Source of the DNA: Candidatus Bipolaricaulota bacterium
GTDB lineage: Bacteria > Bipolaricaulota > Bipolaricaulia > UBA7950 > UBA9294
Assembly: GCA_040752575.1 (NCBI GenBank)
Contig: JBFMGK010000001.1
Span: 1 to 28,479 of the forward strand
Direction: 5' to 3'
DNA: 28,479 nucleotides
Part shown: piece after piece, positions 17,786 through 25,870 of the stretch
Position numbering within the stretch: the first letter of the stretch is position 1
How the letters are laid out: each line of letters opens with the position of its first letter
Notes under the pieces: generated by a model
Told to the model about the DNA's origin: nothing
The model's database searches: none
The model's input: only the letters and a program-made list of their open reading frames with translations
Made by a program: the position numbers and the translations under genes

Positions 17786-19084
17786 CTAAGGTTCGAGACG
17801 CCGGGCCACATCTCCGGGAAGCGGCGCGAACGACCCACGTCGCGTCCCGTACGAGGCACGATCGCGAACCTCGACGATCTCGATGACCCCGCGTTGCGCG
17901 ACGACTTGATACGACAGGATCTGCAGCGACGCCGGATCCATGACGAGGTCTTCCACGGCAAGAATCTCGAACGCGTCCCCAACGGAGACGCCGGCCAGAG
18001 AACCAACGTTGACCGCGACCCTTCCGTCGGGCAGGACCGACGCGACCTGCCCGAGCAGCGGCATCGCGAGGACGGCTGCGGCCGTCCTCGGCTCCTGAGC
18101 AAGCGCCTCCGCCTCGATCGCCAACGGCTGCGCAGCGATGAACAGGTTAGCAAGCTGAAGGACTGCGTCGTTGACCGCCCCACCGAGGAGCGTCCCCTCG
18201 AAGGCATCCGTTCCGACGGTGAGTGCATCCGCTGCCGCGGTCCCGAGAAGGCCCGGACGCACTTGAAACGAGACCTCGGCCAGTGTTGCATCGCCGTTCC
18301 AGAGCCTCGCCGCGTAGATGCCCGGCGAGACAGGCATTCCGAGCGCATCTCGCTGGTTCCACAGCCAGGTCTCGCAGTCGCCGGAAGATACGAAACGCCA
18401 CCCCAAAGAACGGACGAACGTACCGTCGGCGCGGACGATCTCCACGGCAAGCCAATCCGAGAACGAGCTGTTTCGATAACCCAGGGCGAGAAGCTGTCCC
18501 TCGCTGATGGCACTCCCCTCGGAGCGGAAGCCTCCTCCGCAGATGTCCGCGGCCGGCGAACGACCCAGAAGCACACCAAGATCGAGCGCGATCTGCGGCG
18601 CCCCCGAGGCCCTCCCGTGCGCGGCTCCGCCTCCTGGGGCAGCGTTTCCCTCGAGGTCGATCACGCGCGTCGCGAGCTCGACGTCGACCTGCGCGCCTCC
18701 GACTCGGAGGATACCGAGATCCAGCGCAGCTTCTTGAACATTCAGCGAGGTCACGGTTCCCAGAATGAGAAGATCTGCCGCCAGGGACCGCGCGGCCTCC
18801 GTAAGATCGTCGACCGACGCGCCGCCCAGCGAAAGATCGCGCAGAACCGCCTCGAGCTCGCCGCGTGCGACGACGCACACGCCCTGCGATCCCAGGAGTT
18901 CGGTGAACTTGTCGGCTACGCCTCGTCCGAGGTTGGCCACGCGCGCCCCGCTCTCGTCAGCGAACTCGGCCACGACGACGCGCAGAGGCCCGGGGTGCGA
19001 GGCGGCGCTCGCCGCGGTGCATAACGCCCCGCAGACTGCTAGGGTCAGAGCCAACTCAAGGGCTGCTCGCCTCGCTCTATGCAT
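17786..19084 (-). CDS. Exported CsgG/FlgT-like protein with inserted FlgD-Ig-like domain
   Basis: Signal peptide, then a CsgG/TolB-N-like region (RVVVAEF...VVARGELEAVL...ADLLILGTVT...RVID). FlgD-Ig motif WNQRDALGMPVSPGIY. FlgT-C-like tail (GRVAVNVGSLAGVSVGDAFEI...GVIEIVEV...PGDVA). AGGAG SD before ATG 19084. Confidence 0.7.
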   Translation of the reverse strand: MHRARRAALELALTLAVCGALCTAASAASHPGPLRVVVAEFADESGARVANLGRGVADKFTELLGSQGVCVVARGELEAVLRDLSLGGASVDDLTEAARSLAADLLILGTVTSLNVQEAALDLGILRVGGAQVDVELATRVIDLEGNAAPGGGAAHGRASGAPQIALDLGVLLGRSPAADICGGGFRSEGSAISEGQLLALGYRNSSFSDWLAVEIVRADGTFVRSLGWRFVSSGDCETWLWNQRDALGMPVSPGIYAARLWNGDATLAEVSFQVRPGLLGTAAADALTVGTDAFEGTLLGGAVNDAVLQLANLFIAAQPLAIEAEALAQEPRTAAAVLAMPLLGQVASVLPDGRVAVNVGSLAGVSVGDAFEILAVEDLVMDPASLQILSYQVVAQRGVIEIVEVRDRASYGTRRGSFAPLPGDVARRLEP

Positions 19085-19139
19085 GCGCTTCGTCTCCTTG
19101 CAGGACGTACACGACCCGGGTCCTCTCGGTTTCAGCCTC

Positions 19140-21887
19140 CTAGATTTCGTCCCAGCTTCGCCCGATGGACAGCTTGACCTGGAGAGGAACGCGCAGCTCG
19201 AGCACCCCCTCCATCGCTTCTCGCACCAGGGCCGAGAGTCCCTCAGCATCGTTCTCGTGAACCTCGAAGACGAGTTCATCGTGAATCTGGAGGATCATCT
19301 TCGCCCTCAGACCGCTCCGAGCGATCCTCCGATCCGCATCGAGCATGGCGAGCTTGATCAGATCCGCGGCGCTTCCCTGAATCGGCATGTTGACTGCATT
19401 CCGACGATCGGCATTGCGAAGGGCTGGAGAGCGCGACCCCAGGTTCGGCAACGGCCGCCGGCGGCCGAGAAGAGTCTCGGCGTAGCCGACTTCGGTAGCT
19501 CGGTCCACACGCGCGTCGATGAACGCCCTGACCTCCGGATAGGCCGTGAAGAAACGCTCAATGTAGGCGCCGGCCTCCTTGGCCGGGATACCGAGCTGCT
19601 TCCCCAGCCCATAGGAGCTGATGCCATACAGAATGCCGAAATTGATCCGCTTGGCGGCCTCCCGTTGGACCGGGGTCACGCTGGCGTCGGGAACCCCGAA
19701 CACCCGCGCTGCGGTGGCGCGATGGAGATCCTCGCCGCTCGCGAGGGCCGACACGAGGTTCCGGTCGCCGGACAGGTGCGCCAACAGGCGAAGCTCGATC
19801 TGGGAGTAGTCCGCCCCCAGCAGGAGCCCCTGCGGCGGCGCAACGAAGGCGCGCCGGATGCGCCCTCCCACCTCCGTCCGGGTCGGAATGTTCTGGAGGT
19901 TGGGATCCGAAGACGACAGCCGCCCCGTCGCCGTCGACGTCTGGTGAAAACTCGTGTGAATGCGCCCCGTTTGTGGGTGGACCGCCAACGCAAGCTGCTC
20001 GACGTACGTCGACAGGAGTTTGGAAATCTCCCGGTAGGCCAAGAGCTTGCCCGGCAGCGGGTGGGCGACGGCAAGCTGCGCGAGGACCTCGGCGCTCGTC
20101 GACGGCCCCGTCTTCGTTCTCTCCAACACCGGCAGGTGGAGACGCTCAAACAGGATGTCGGCCACCTGTTTCGTGGAGTTCGGATTGAACGGGCCGCCCG
20201 CGATGTCAAACAGGTCCGCCTCGATCCGCGCAAGGTCCTCGCGCAACCCCACGCCCTGCCTTGCGAGTTCCGCAACGTCGAGCAGAACGCCGTTTCGTTC
20301 CATCCGCGCGAGAACCTCGACGAGCGGCATCTCAACGTCGCGGAACAGAGGGGTCAACGCCGCCTCGTCGAGCTTGCGCACCAGGAGAGGGTAAAGCCGC
20401 TGCACGAGTTCGGCATCCTCCGCGGCATACTGCGTCGCTTGCGAGAGGGGCACTGCAGCGAAGCTTCCGTCCTTCCCGGCCACCTCAGCAAAGGTGGAGG
20501 TCTCGACGCCGAGGAACGCTCTGGCTACCGCATCGAGCCCATGCCGTCGATCCTCGGGACGAAGGAGGTACGACGCGACCATCGAATCGAAGACCATCCC
20601 ACGGACGACGATCCCATGCGACTCCAGGACGGAGAGGTCGAACTTGAGGTTCTGTCCGATGATTGGAACCGATTCGTCTTCGAGAAGGGGACGCAGCTCC
20701 TCGAGCACTTGCTCGAGGGGCAGTTGGGGCGGGGCATCGAGTGCATCGTGCCCGACGGGTATGTAGAAACCTACGTACGGCTCGGCGGAAACGGCCACGC
20801 CGACGATGCGTGCGGTGAGAGGATCCAGGCTTGACGTCTCGAGATCCACCGACACCCTCTCGGCACGGCGCAGGCGGTCGATCACTTCCCTTAGGCCCTC
20901 GGCGTCCAGAACGGCGCGATAGTCGCACGCGACGCCTACGTCGGGATTCGGCGGAGCCGCGACCCTCGCCGCAGACGCATCGAGAGCCAACTCGCGCAAC
21001 GCACTCGCGAACCCGACCCGCGTGAGGAACTGGTGCAGTGCGCCCTCGTCGATGCCTCGCAGGCGGCACGTCTGTCGCACGTCGCCAAGATCCAGATCGA
21101 GTCGCAGCCGCACGAGTTGCTGCGCCGCTCGAGCGACGTCGACGTGCCGCAGGAGTGTGTCGCGAATCCTCGGGTTGGCGACCTCCTCGGCGCGGGCGAG
21201 AAGAGCGTCGAGCGAGCCGAACTCCTGCAGAAGGCGCACGGCGGTTTTCTCCCCCACGGCGGGAACCCCCGGCACGTTGTCCGACGCATCGCCGACGAGC
21301 GAGAGGAGGTCGACCATCTGGTCGGGGCGAACGCCGTAGCGCGCCGTGACCCCGTCCGCATCCAGAACGTGATCGCCCTCTTCGCCTCGGGACGCCGGGC
21401 GCAGGAGGGCGACGCGGCCGCCGACGAGTTGAGCCATGTCCTTGTCGGACGTGGAGATGAGGCAGGAGAGTCCATCGCGCGCCCCTTGAGACGCCAGCGA
21501 TGCGAGAACGTCGTCCGCCTCGACGCCCTGCCGGGAGATGCACGAGATGCCCAACGCCGTCAGAAGCTCGCCGAGGAGCGGAAGCTGGCGTGCCAGGTCC
21601 TCAGGCATCGCAGCACGGGTTGCCTTGTAGCCCTCCCATAGATCGTGTCGGAATGTCTTCCCTTCGGCGTCGAACACGACGGCGACGTACGCCGAAGGAT
21701 AGGTGCGCAGCGTGGCCAGCAGGGCGCGCCAGAATCCGAAGAGCGCATTGACGGGCGTCCCGTCGGCTGCCGAGAGACCGCGCACCGCATAGAACGCCCT
21801 GTAGGCGTGCGAGTGTCCGTCAAGCAAGAGGAGGCGCGACGCGTCGAGCGGCCGCGGCAACCGGAGGACGTCCTCATAGGTAGACAT
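19140..21887 (-). CDS. polA: DNA polymerase I (5'-3' exonuclease, intact 3'-5' exonuclease motifs, polymerase)
   Basis: LLDGHSHAYRAFY, EADD, GDASDNVPGV; Exo motifs DLET, GQNLKFD and YAAEDA; ATGRLSSSDPNLQNIP, DYSQIELR, AKRINFGILYG and QIHDEL. Start ATG 21887. Confidence 0.97.
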   Translation of the reverse strand: MSTYEDVLRLPRPLDASRLLLLDGHSHAYRAFYAVRGLSAADGTPVNALFGFWRALLATLRTYPSAYVAVVFDAEGKTFRHDLWEGYKATRAAMPEDLARQLPLLGELLTALGISCISRQGVEADDVLASLASQGARDGLSCLISTSDKDMAQLVGGRVALLRPASRGEEGDHVLDADGVTARYGVRPDQMVDLLSLVGDASDNVPGVPAVGEKTAVRLLQEFGSLDALLARAEEVANPRIRDTLLRHVDVARAAQQLVRLRLDLDLGDVRQTCRLRGIDEGALHQFLTRVGFASALRELALDASAARVAAPPNPDVGVACDYRAVLDAEGLREVIDRLRRAERVSVDLETSSLDPLTARIVGVAVSAEPYVGFYIPVGHDALDAPPQLPLEQVLEELRPLLEDESVPIIGQNLKFDLSVLESHGIVVRGMVFDSMVASYLLRPEDRRHGLDAVARAFLGVETSTFAEVAGKDGSFAAVPLSQATQYAAEDAELVQRLYPLLVRKLDEAALTPLFRDVEMPLVEVLARMERNGVLLDVAELARQGVGLREDLARIEADLFDIAGGPFNPNSTKQVADILFERLHLPVLERTKTGPSTSAEVLAQLAVAHPLPGKLLAYREISKLLSTYVEQLALAVHPQTGRIHTSFHQTSTATGRLSSSDPNLQNIPTRTEVGGRIRRAFVAPPQGLLLGADYSQIELRLLAHLSGDRNLVSALASGEDLHRATAARVFGVPDASVTPVQREAAKRINFGILYGISSYGLGKQLGIPAKEAGAYIERFFTAYPEVRAFIDARVDRATEVGYAETLLGRRRPLPNLGSRSPALRNADRRNAVNMPIQGSAADLIKLAMLDADRRIARSGLRAKMILQIHDELVFEVHENDAEGLSALVREAMEGVLELRVPLQVKLSIGRSWDEI

Positions 21888-22377
21888 GATCCGCCTTACC
21901 CGGCGCGCGCAGGTCGAGGTGGCAGCACAACGCCAGGGCGAGTCCATCCGCAACGTCATCGGGCTTCGGGACCTCGCTGAGGTTCAGCAGGCGTCGAACC
22001 ATCGCCTGGACTTGTGCCTTGGTGGCCCGGCCGTATCCCGTCATCCGCTTCTTCACCTGCAGCGGCGTGTACCCGTGCACGGGAATCGACGCAGCCGCGA
22101 CCAAGAGCGCGCCGCGGGCCTCTGCGGTTCTCATGGCCGACTGAGCGTTCGTCGCGAAGAAGACCTCCTCGATAGCTACACCCACGGGAGCGTAGCGCGC
22201 GAGGATCTCCCCCGCCTCCGTGCTGAGGATCCTCAGCCGGTCGGCCCGCGACAGACCGCTCGCCGTCTCGATGATGCCCCCCGCCAGCGCACGCACGTCA
22301 TGTGCGTCGCCGACCACAACTCCATAGCCCGTCGTAGCCAACCCGGGGTCGAACCCGACCGTCACCCATTCCCTCAT
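21874..22377 (-). CDS. ruvC: Holliday junction resolvase RuvC
   Basis: GFDPGLATTGYG, AIEEVFF, EARG, YTPLQVKK..TGYGRATKAQV and PDDVADGLALA. ATG 22377 overlaps the DUF177 stop. Confidence 0.94.
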   Translation of the reverse strand: MREWVTVGFDPGLATTGYGVVVGDAHDVRALAGGIIETASGLSRADRLRILSTEAGEILARYAPVGVAIEEVFFATNAQSAMRTAEARGALLVAAASIPVHGYTPLQVKKRMTGYGRATKAQVQAMVRRLLNLSEVPKPDDVADGLALALCCHLDLRAPGKADHVYL

Positions 22378-22829
22378 CGCCGGAAGAACTCCCCAAGGGT
22401 TCGCCGCTCGGTACGGTTTCGATCGCACACGTGATCGGGCGATGCATTCAGATCGGCCCCGCACGTTGGGCACAACCCTCGGCAGTCCGGCCGGCACAAG
22501 GCGTTGGGGTCATGGGCCGAGAGAACGAGCGACGTAGCAGTCGGCCATACATCCACCTCATCCGCGGTGGGGGGCAAGGGAACGGTGAAAGCCTCGTTAA
22601 GGACAAACGACTGCACGATCGGCGCCAGGCACCGCACGCACGGCTGAGAGATCGTCGCCGTCATCGTCACATCCAGGTAGAGGGTTCCGAGCTGCGCGAA
22701 AGCATTCCCCTCAAGATGGATGCGTTCCACGGTTCGAACATCCTCGACGGCTTCGGTAGGCGTGAGGTCGACCCGAAGCGGGAATCGGCGTCCGGGATGA
22801 GCTACGAACTCCGCAACGCTAAGCGTCAT
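22374..22829 (-). CDS. DUF177 / YceD family protein
   Basis: CVRCL and LCRPDCRGLCPTCGADLN Cys motifs typical of DUF177. Confidence 0.88.
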   Translation of the reverse strand: MTLSVAEFVAHPGRRFPLRVDLTPTEAVEDVRTVERIHLEGNAFAQLGTLYLDVTMTATISQPCVRCLAPIVQSFVLNEAFTVPLPPTADEVDVWPTATSLVLSAHDPNALCRPDCRGLCPTCGADLNASPDHVCDRNRTERRTLGEFFRR

Positions 22830-23652
22830 GATGGCGAAGGCGCCAGGCCACGTCGGCCGTGCACCGCCCCTCCTTCACATCGTGGACGCGGAGGATGTCC
22901 GCGCCGAGTGCCACGGCGACGGCGCCCGCCGCGATCGTTCCCTCCAACCTCGCCTCAACGTCAAGTCCCAAAAGCTCGCCGAGGAACGACTTCCGAGATA
23001 CGCCAACCAGAACGGGAAACCCCAGGCTTGCCAGACGGGGCGTCGCTCGTAGCAGCGCGAGATTGTGGTCGAGGGTCTTGCCGAACCCGATCCCCGGGTC
23101 GACCACAATCCGCTCCGCCGCCACGCCATGCCCCTCGGCAAAGGCCGCACGCTGCCGGAGAAACGCGAGGACTTCGCCGACCACATCCGCGTAGGACGGT
23201 GCCCGCTGCATGGTCTCCGGCTCCCCTTGCCGGTGCATGAGCACGACGAACGCACCGGCCTCCGCGACGACGCCTGCCATATCAGGATCGGCCGAGAGCG
23301 CGCTCGTGTCGTTGACGGCCACCGCGCCGAGTTTCAGAGCCTCACGGGCAACGCTCGCCTTCGTCGTGTCGACGGACAACGGAACGTCGCACAGATCGCG
23401 GATCGCCTCAATCGCCGGCAGGACGCTGTGGAGTTCGTCTTGCAGGGAGACGGACTTCGAGCCCGGGCGTGTGGACTCGCCGCCCACATCCAGAAGGTCG
23501 GCCCCGGCATGGACCATCGCAACCGCGCGTTCTGCGGCCTCGCGGGGCGAGGGAGCCCTACTCGGAGCGTAGAACGAATCGGCCGTTACGTTCACGACTC
23601 CCATCACCAAAGCCCGGTCGCGGCGGCTTGCCCACTGGCAAAGGTCGAGCAT
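22819..23652 (-). CDS. folP: Dihydropteroate synthase
   Basis: VMGVVNVTADSF, DVGGESTRPG, SVDT, LMH, VDPGIGFGK, GVSRKSF and ILRVHDV. Confidence 0.96.
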   Translation of the reverse strand: MLDLCQWASRRDRALVMGVVNVTADSFYAPSRAPSPREAAERAVAMVHAGADLLDVGGESTRPGSKSVSLQDELHSVLPAIEAIRDLCDVPLSVDTTKASVAREALKLGAVAVNDTSALSADPDMAGVVAEAGAFVVLMHRQGEPETMQRAPSYADVVGEVLAFLRQRAAFAEGHGVAAERIVVDPGIGFGKTLDHNLALLRATPRLASLGFPVLVGVSRKSFLGELLGLDVEARLEGTIAAGAVAVALGADILRVHDVKEGRCTADVAWRLRHHDA

Positions 23653-23658
23653 CCTTGG

Positions 23659-23667
23659 AGTATATCA
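23659..23667 (-). promoter_or_regulatory. Extended -10 promoter for a probably leaderless folP transcript
   Basis: Minus strand TG-A-TATACT followed by 6 nt and then the ATG (23652). No usable SD. Confidence 0.6.
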
Positions 23668-23696
23668 CGGCATGTACACCCGTTCAGAAGAGCAGT

Positions 23697-23725
23697 TTGA
23701 CGCGATTCGACCCCGCTTCTACAAT
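23697..23725 (+). promoter_or_regulatory. Sigma70-type promoter for rplI and downstream genes
   Basis: TTGACG (23697-23702), 17 nt, TACAAT (23720-23725). Confidence 0.75.
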
Positions 23726-23749
23726 CAGCCCAAGGACACGATAGGGGTG

Positions 23750-24223
23750 ATGATCATCGCTAAGGTGCTATTGACGACGACGATCGACAAGCTCGGGCAC
23801 GTCGGGGAGGTCGTGAGCGTCGCGCCGGGTTATGCGCGCAACTATCTCTTCCCACGTGGATTCGCCGTCGAGCCGACGGATCACAACGTTGCGCGGTTCG
23901 CAAAGGAACGAGCAGTTCACGAGGCCGAGCTGCGAAAGCGCGAGGAGCGAGCCGCCGCTCTGAAGGCCAAACTAGCCGATCAGCTCTTCGTTTTCACACG
24001 TAAGGCTCACGACGACAGCCGGCTCTACGGCTCGGTGCGGCCTGAGGACATCGCCGTGGCGGTCGAATCCGTCTGCGGTGAGGCGATCGAGGTCTCCAGA
24101 ATCCGTCTCGCGGCGCCCATCGAGACCCTGGGTCCGCACACGGCCACCATCAGTCTCTACAAGGACATCTCGGTTGAGGTGCGGATCCGCGTAGACGAGG
24201 AGGCGGCGAAGAAGGAGGAGTAG
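23750..24223 (+). CDS. rplI: 50S ribosomal protein L9 (start uncertain: ATG 23750 or ATC 23756)
   Basis: KVLL, LGHVGEVVSVAPGYARNYLFPRG, RLYGSV and PIETLG. Confidence 0.95.
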   Translation: MIIAKVLLTTTIDKLGHVGEVVSVAPGYARNYLFPRGFAVEPTDHNVARFAKERAVHEAELRKREERAAALKAKLADQLFVFTRKAHDDSRLYGSVRPEDIAVAVESVCGEAIEVSRIRLAAPIETLGPHTATISLYKDISVEVRIRVDEEAAKKEE

Positions 24224-24229
24224 CCCGCG

Positions 24230-25870
24230 ATGAAGTGCGGGGGGGCGACGGCAGTGGCCTGCTGCCTCTTGCTACTCTCTGTCGTGTCCTCGGGCGCAGC
24301 GCAGCGCGTTGCGATCAACGGACGCGTGGTCGAGGCTTTCGCGTCGTCAGGCGGCGAAGTGTGGGTCCCCGCGAACGCAGTTCTTCCTCTGCTCGGCGTC
24401 GAGGTGGACGTGGACGACGACAGGGCCGTCCTCCGGTGGCACGACGGCTGGCGCGAGGTGGCTCTCGCGGAGTGGATGCACGTCGACGGAGTCGTTTGCG
24501 CTCCGCTGCGTCCCATGGTTGAGACGGTCGGCGGAACCCTACAGGATCTTGGCGAAACCCTCGACGTCCGTGTATCCGAAGCCCGACTCACCGAGATCTC
24601 GGCCCAAGCCGGAGAACTCGTCGTGCGCTTTGACCGCTTCGCGCCCTTGGAGAGACAGGACGGTGAGGGCTCTTCGACTCTGACTTTCTCGTGCTGTCGC
24701 CCCACGACGCCGTCGGGTTCGTCGGCGTTCGGCCCCGCAGAGATCGCCCGCGGAACGCTGACCCCGTCATGGAGCAGCGCGGCCGCCGTGGTCCTGTCGC
24801 TCCAAGAGGCCGGGGAGTTCGTCGTTCGTCGCTCGCTGTCCCGTGCCGGCTACACAGTGACCGTATCGGTCGAGGTCTCCGCGAAGGATGTCTGGGTGAC
24901 TCAGATCTCGGACAACATGGTCCTCGAACAGCGCGCGGGCAACGGCACGGCGCTCTCCGGCGCGGCGGTTCTGCGCGTCGGCGCCTGGCGGACGACACAC
25001 GACGTACGCCCTTTCGCAACGTGCATCGCGGATATCGTGGCACCGCGAAGCGACCTTGCGATGGCGGCCCTCGCCTGGTCCTGTAGCCAAGACCCCGAAC
25101 TCCTCGTGATCGGCGGCCTCCCATATGCCCTCGGGACGTCCGGATCCTTGGGTGCGGGGTTTGACGGCCTGGATCGCCTCGTGGAGCTGTCCGTGGCCCC
25201 GACCGCTTACGTCGCGACGGCCGAGTTGCGCATCGGCGTGGATGCGGTCGCACGCCCCATTGGCTATGACGAAGTGGTCGCGTACCCTCCCGGTTACTCT
25301 GGAAGCATCACGCGCGGCTTCCCTGAAGGATTCCGCGTCGTCCGACTGCGGGACGATCTCGTGGTATCGGTCGTCGAGACGCCGTTCGTCGTCGCCGAGC
25401 CGAGTGCAACGCTGATCGTCGCCAGCGGAACCTCCCGACGACGGCTTGACAGTCTTGCGGTGGGGGTCCGTGCATCCCTCGGCGTCGAGGTCAGCCCGTC
25501 GTGCCCTTGGATCCTCAACGCCGTGTCGGCGGATGCGTTTATCATCGATCGGGGAAGCGCGCTGCTACGTGACGGCCAGCCCATCGATGCTCTGCCGACC
25601 TCTTCCTGGACCGAGCCGGCAGCTTGGTCCCTCGTCGCCACAGACTGGCACGGTGCCCTTCTCTTCTTGTCGGTCCCGGCATCTGCGGCGATGACGCTCG
25701 CGGATCTGGAGGATTGGCTCGGCGAGTTGGCCGTTCCGCTCTACGCGGCCGCGGCGCTGTCGCGTGGCGAAGCCTCGTCGCTCACGGTGACGTGGAACGG
25801 CGAGCCGCTTCGCCTGGGCGATGACGTCTCCCCCTCGGTCGGCCTCTCGCTCGTCCCCGCCGGCGGATGA
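24230..25870 (+). CDS. Exported hypothetical protein: copper-amine-oxidase-N-like stalk plus degenerate NAGPA/phosphodiester-glycosidase-like domain
   Basis: Signal peptide and stalk-type repeats (EVWVPA..., GVVCAPLRPMVETVG). The C-terminal half follows the NAGPA pattern (EVVAYPP, LIVASG..L..L.VG, WHGALLFLSV, MTLADL). GGAGG SD; ATGA overlap with murJ. Confidence 0.6.
   Translation: MKCGGATAVACCLLLLSVVSSGAAQRVAINGRVVEAFASSGGEVWVPANAVLPLLGVEVDVDDDRAVLRWHDGWREVALAEWMHVDGVVCAPLRPMVETVGGTLQDLGETLDVRVSEARLTEISAQAGELVVRFDRFAPLERQDGEGSSTLTFSCCRPTTPSGSSAFGPAEIARGTLTPSWSSAAAVVLSLQEAGEFVVRRSLSRAGYTVTVSVEVSAKDVWVTQISDNMVLEQRAGNGTALSGAAVLRVGAWRTTHDVRPFATCIADIVAPRSDLAMAALAWSCSQDPELLVIGGLPYALGTSGSLGAGFDGLDRLVELSVAPTAYVATAELRIGVDAVARPIGYDEVVAYPPGYSGSITRGFPEGFRVVRLRDDLVVSVVETPFVVAEPSATLIVASGTSRRRLDSLAVGVRASLGVEVSPSCPWILNAVSADAFIIDRGSALLRDGQPIDALPTSSWTEPAAWSLVATDWHGALLFLSVPASAAMTLADLEDWLGELAVPLYAAAALSRGEASSLTVTWNGEPLRLGDDVSPSVGLSLVPAGG

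Noticed and set aside
18765..20834. 689-aa + strand ORF (also 17564-19024, 15616-17094, 9863-11137, 13014-14345 and 14237-15319)
   Set aside because: These lie antisense to clearly identified genes, have no recognisable motifs, and are the expected shadow ORFs of GC-rich codon usage.
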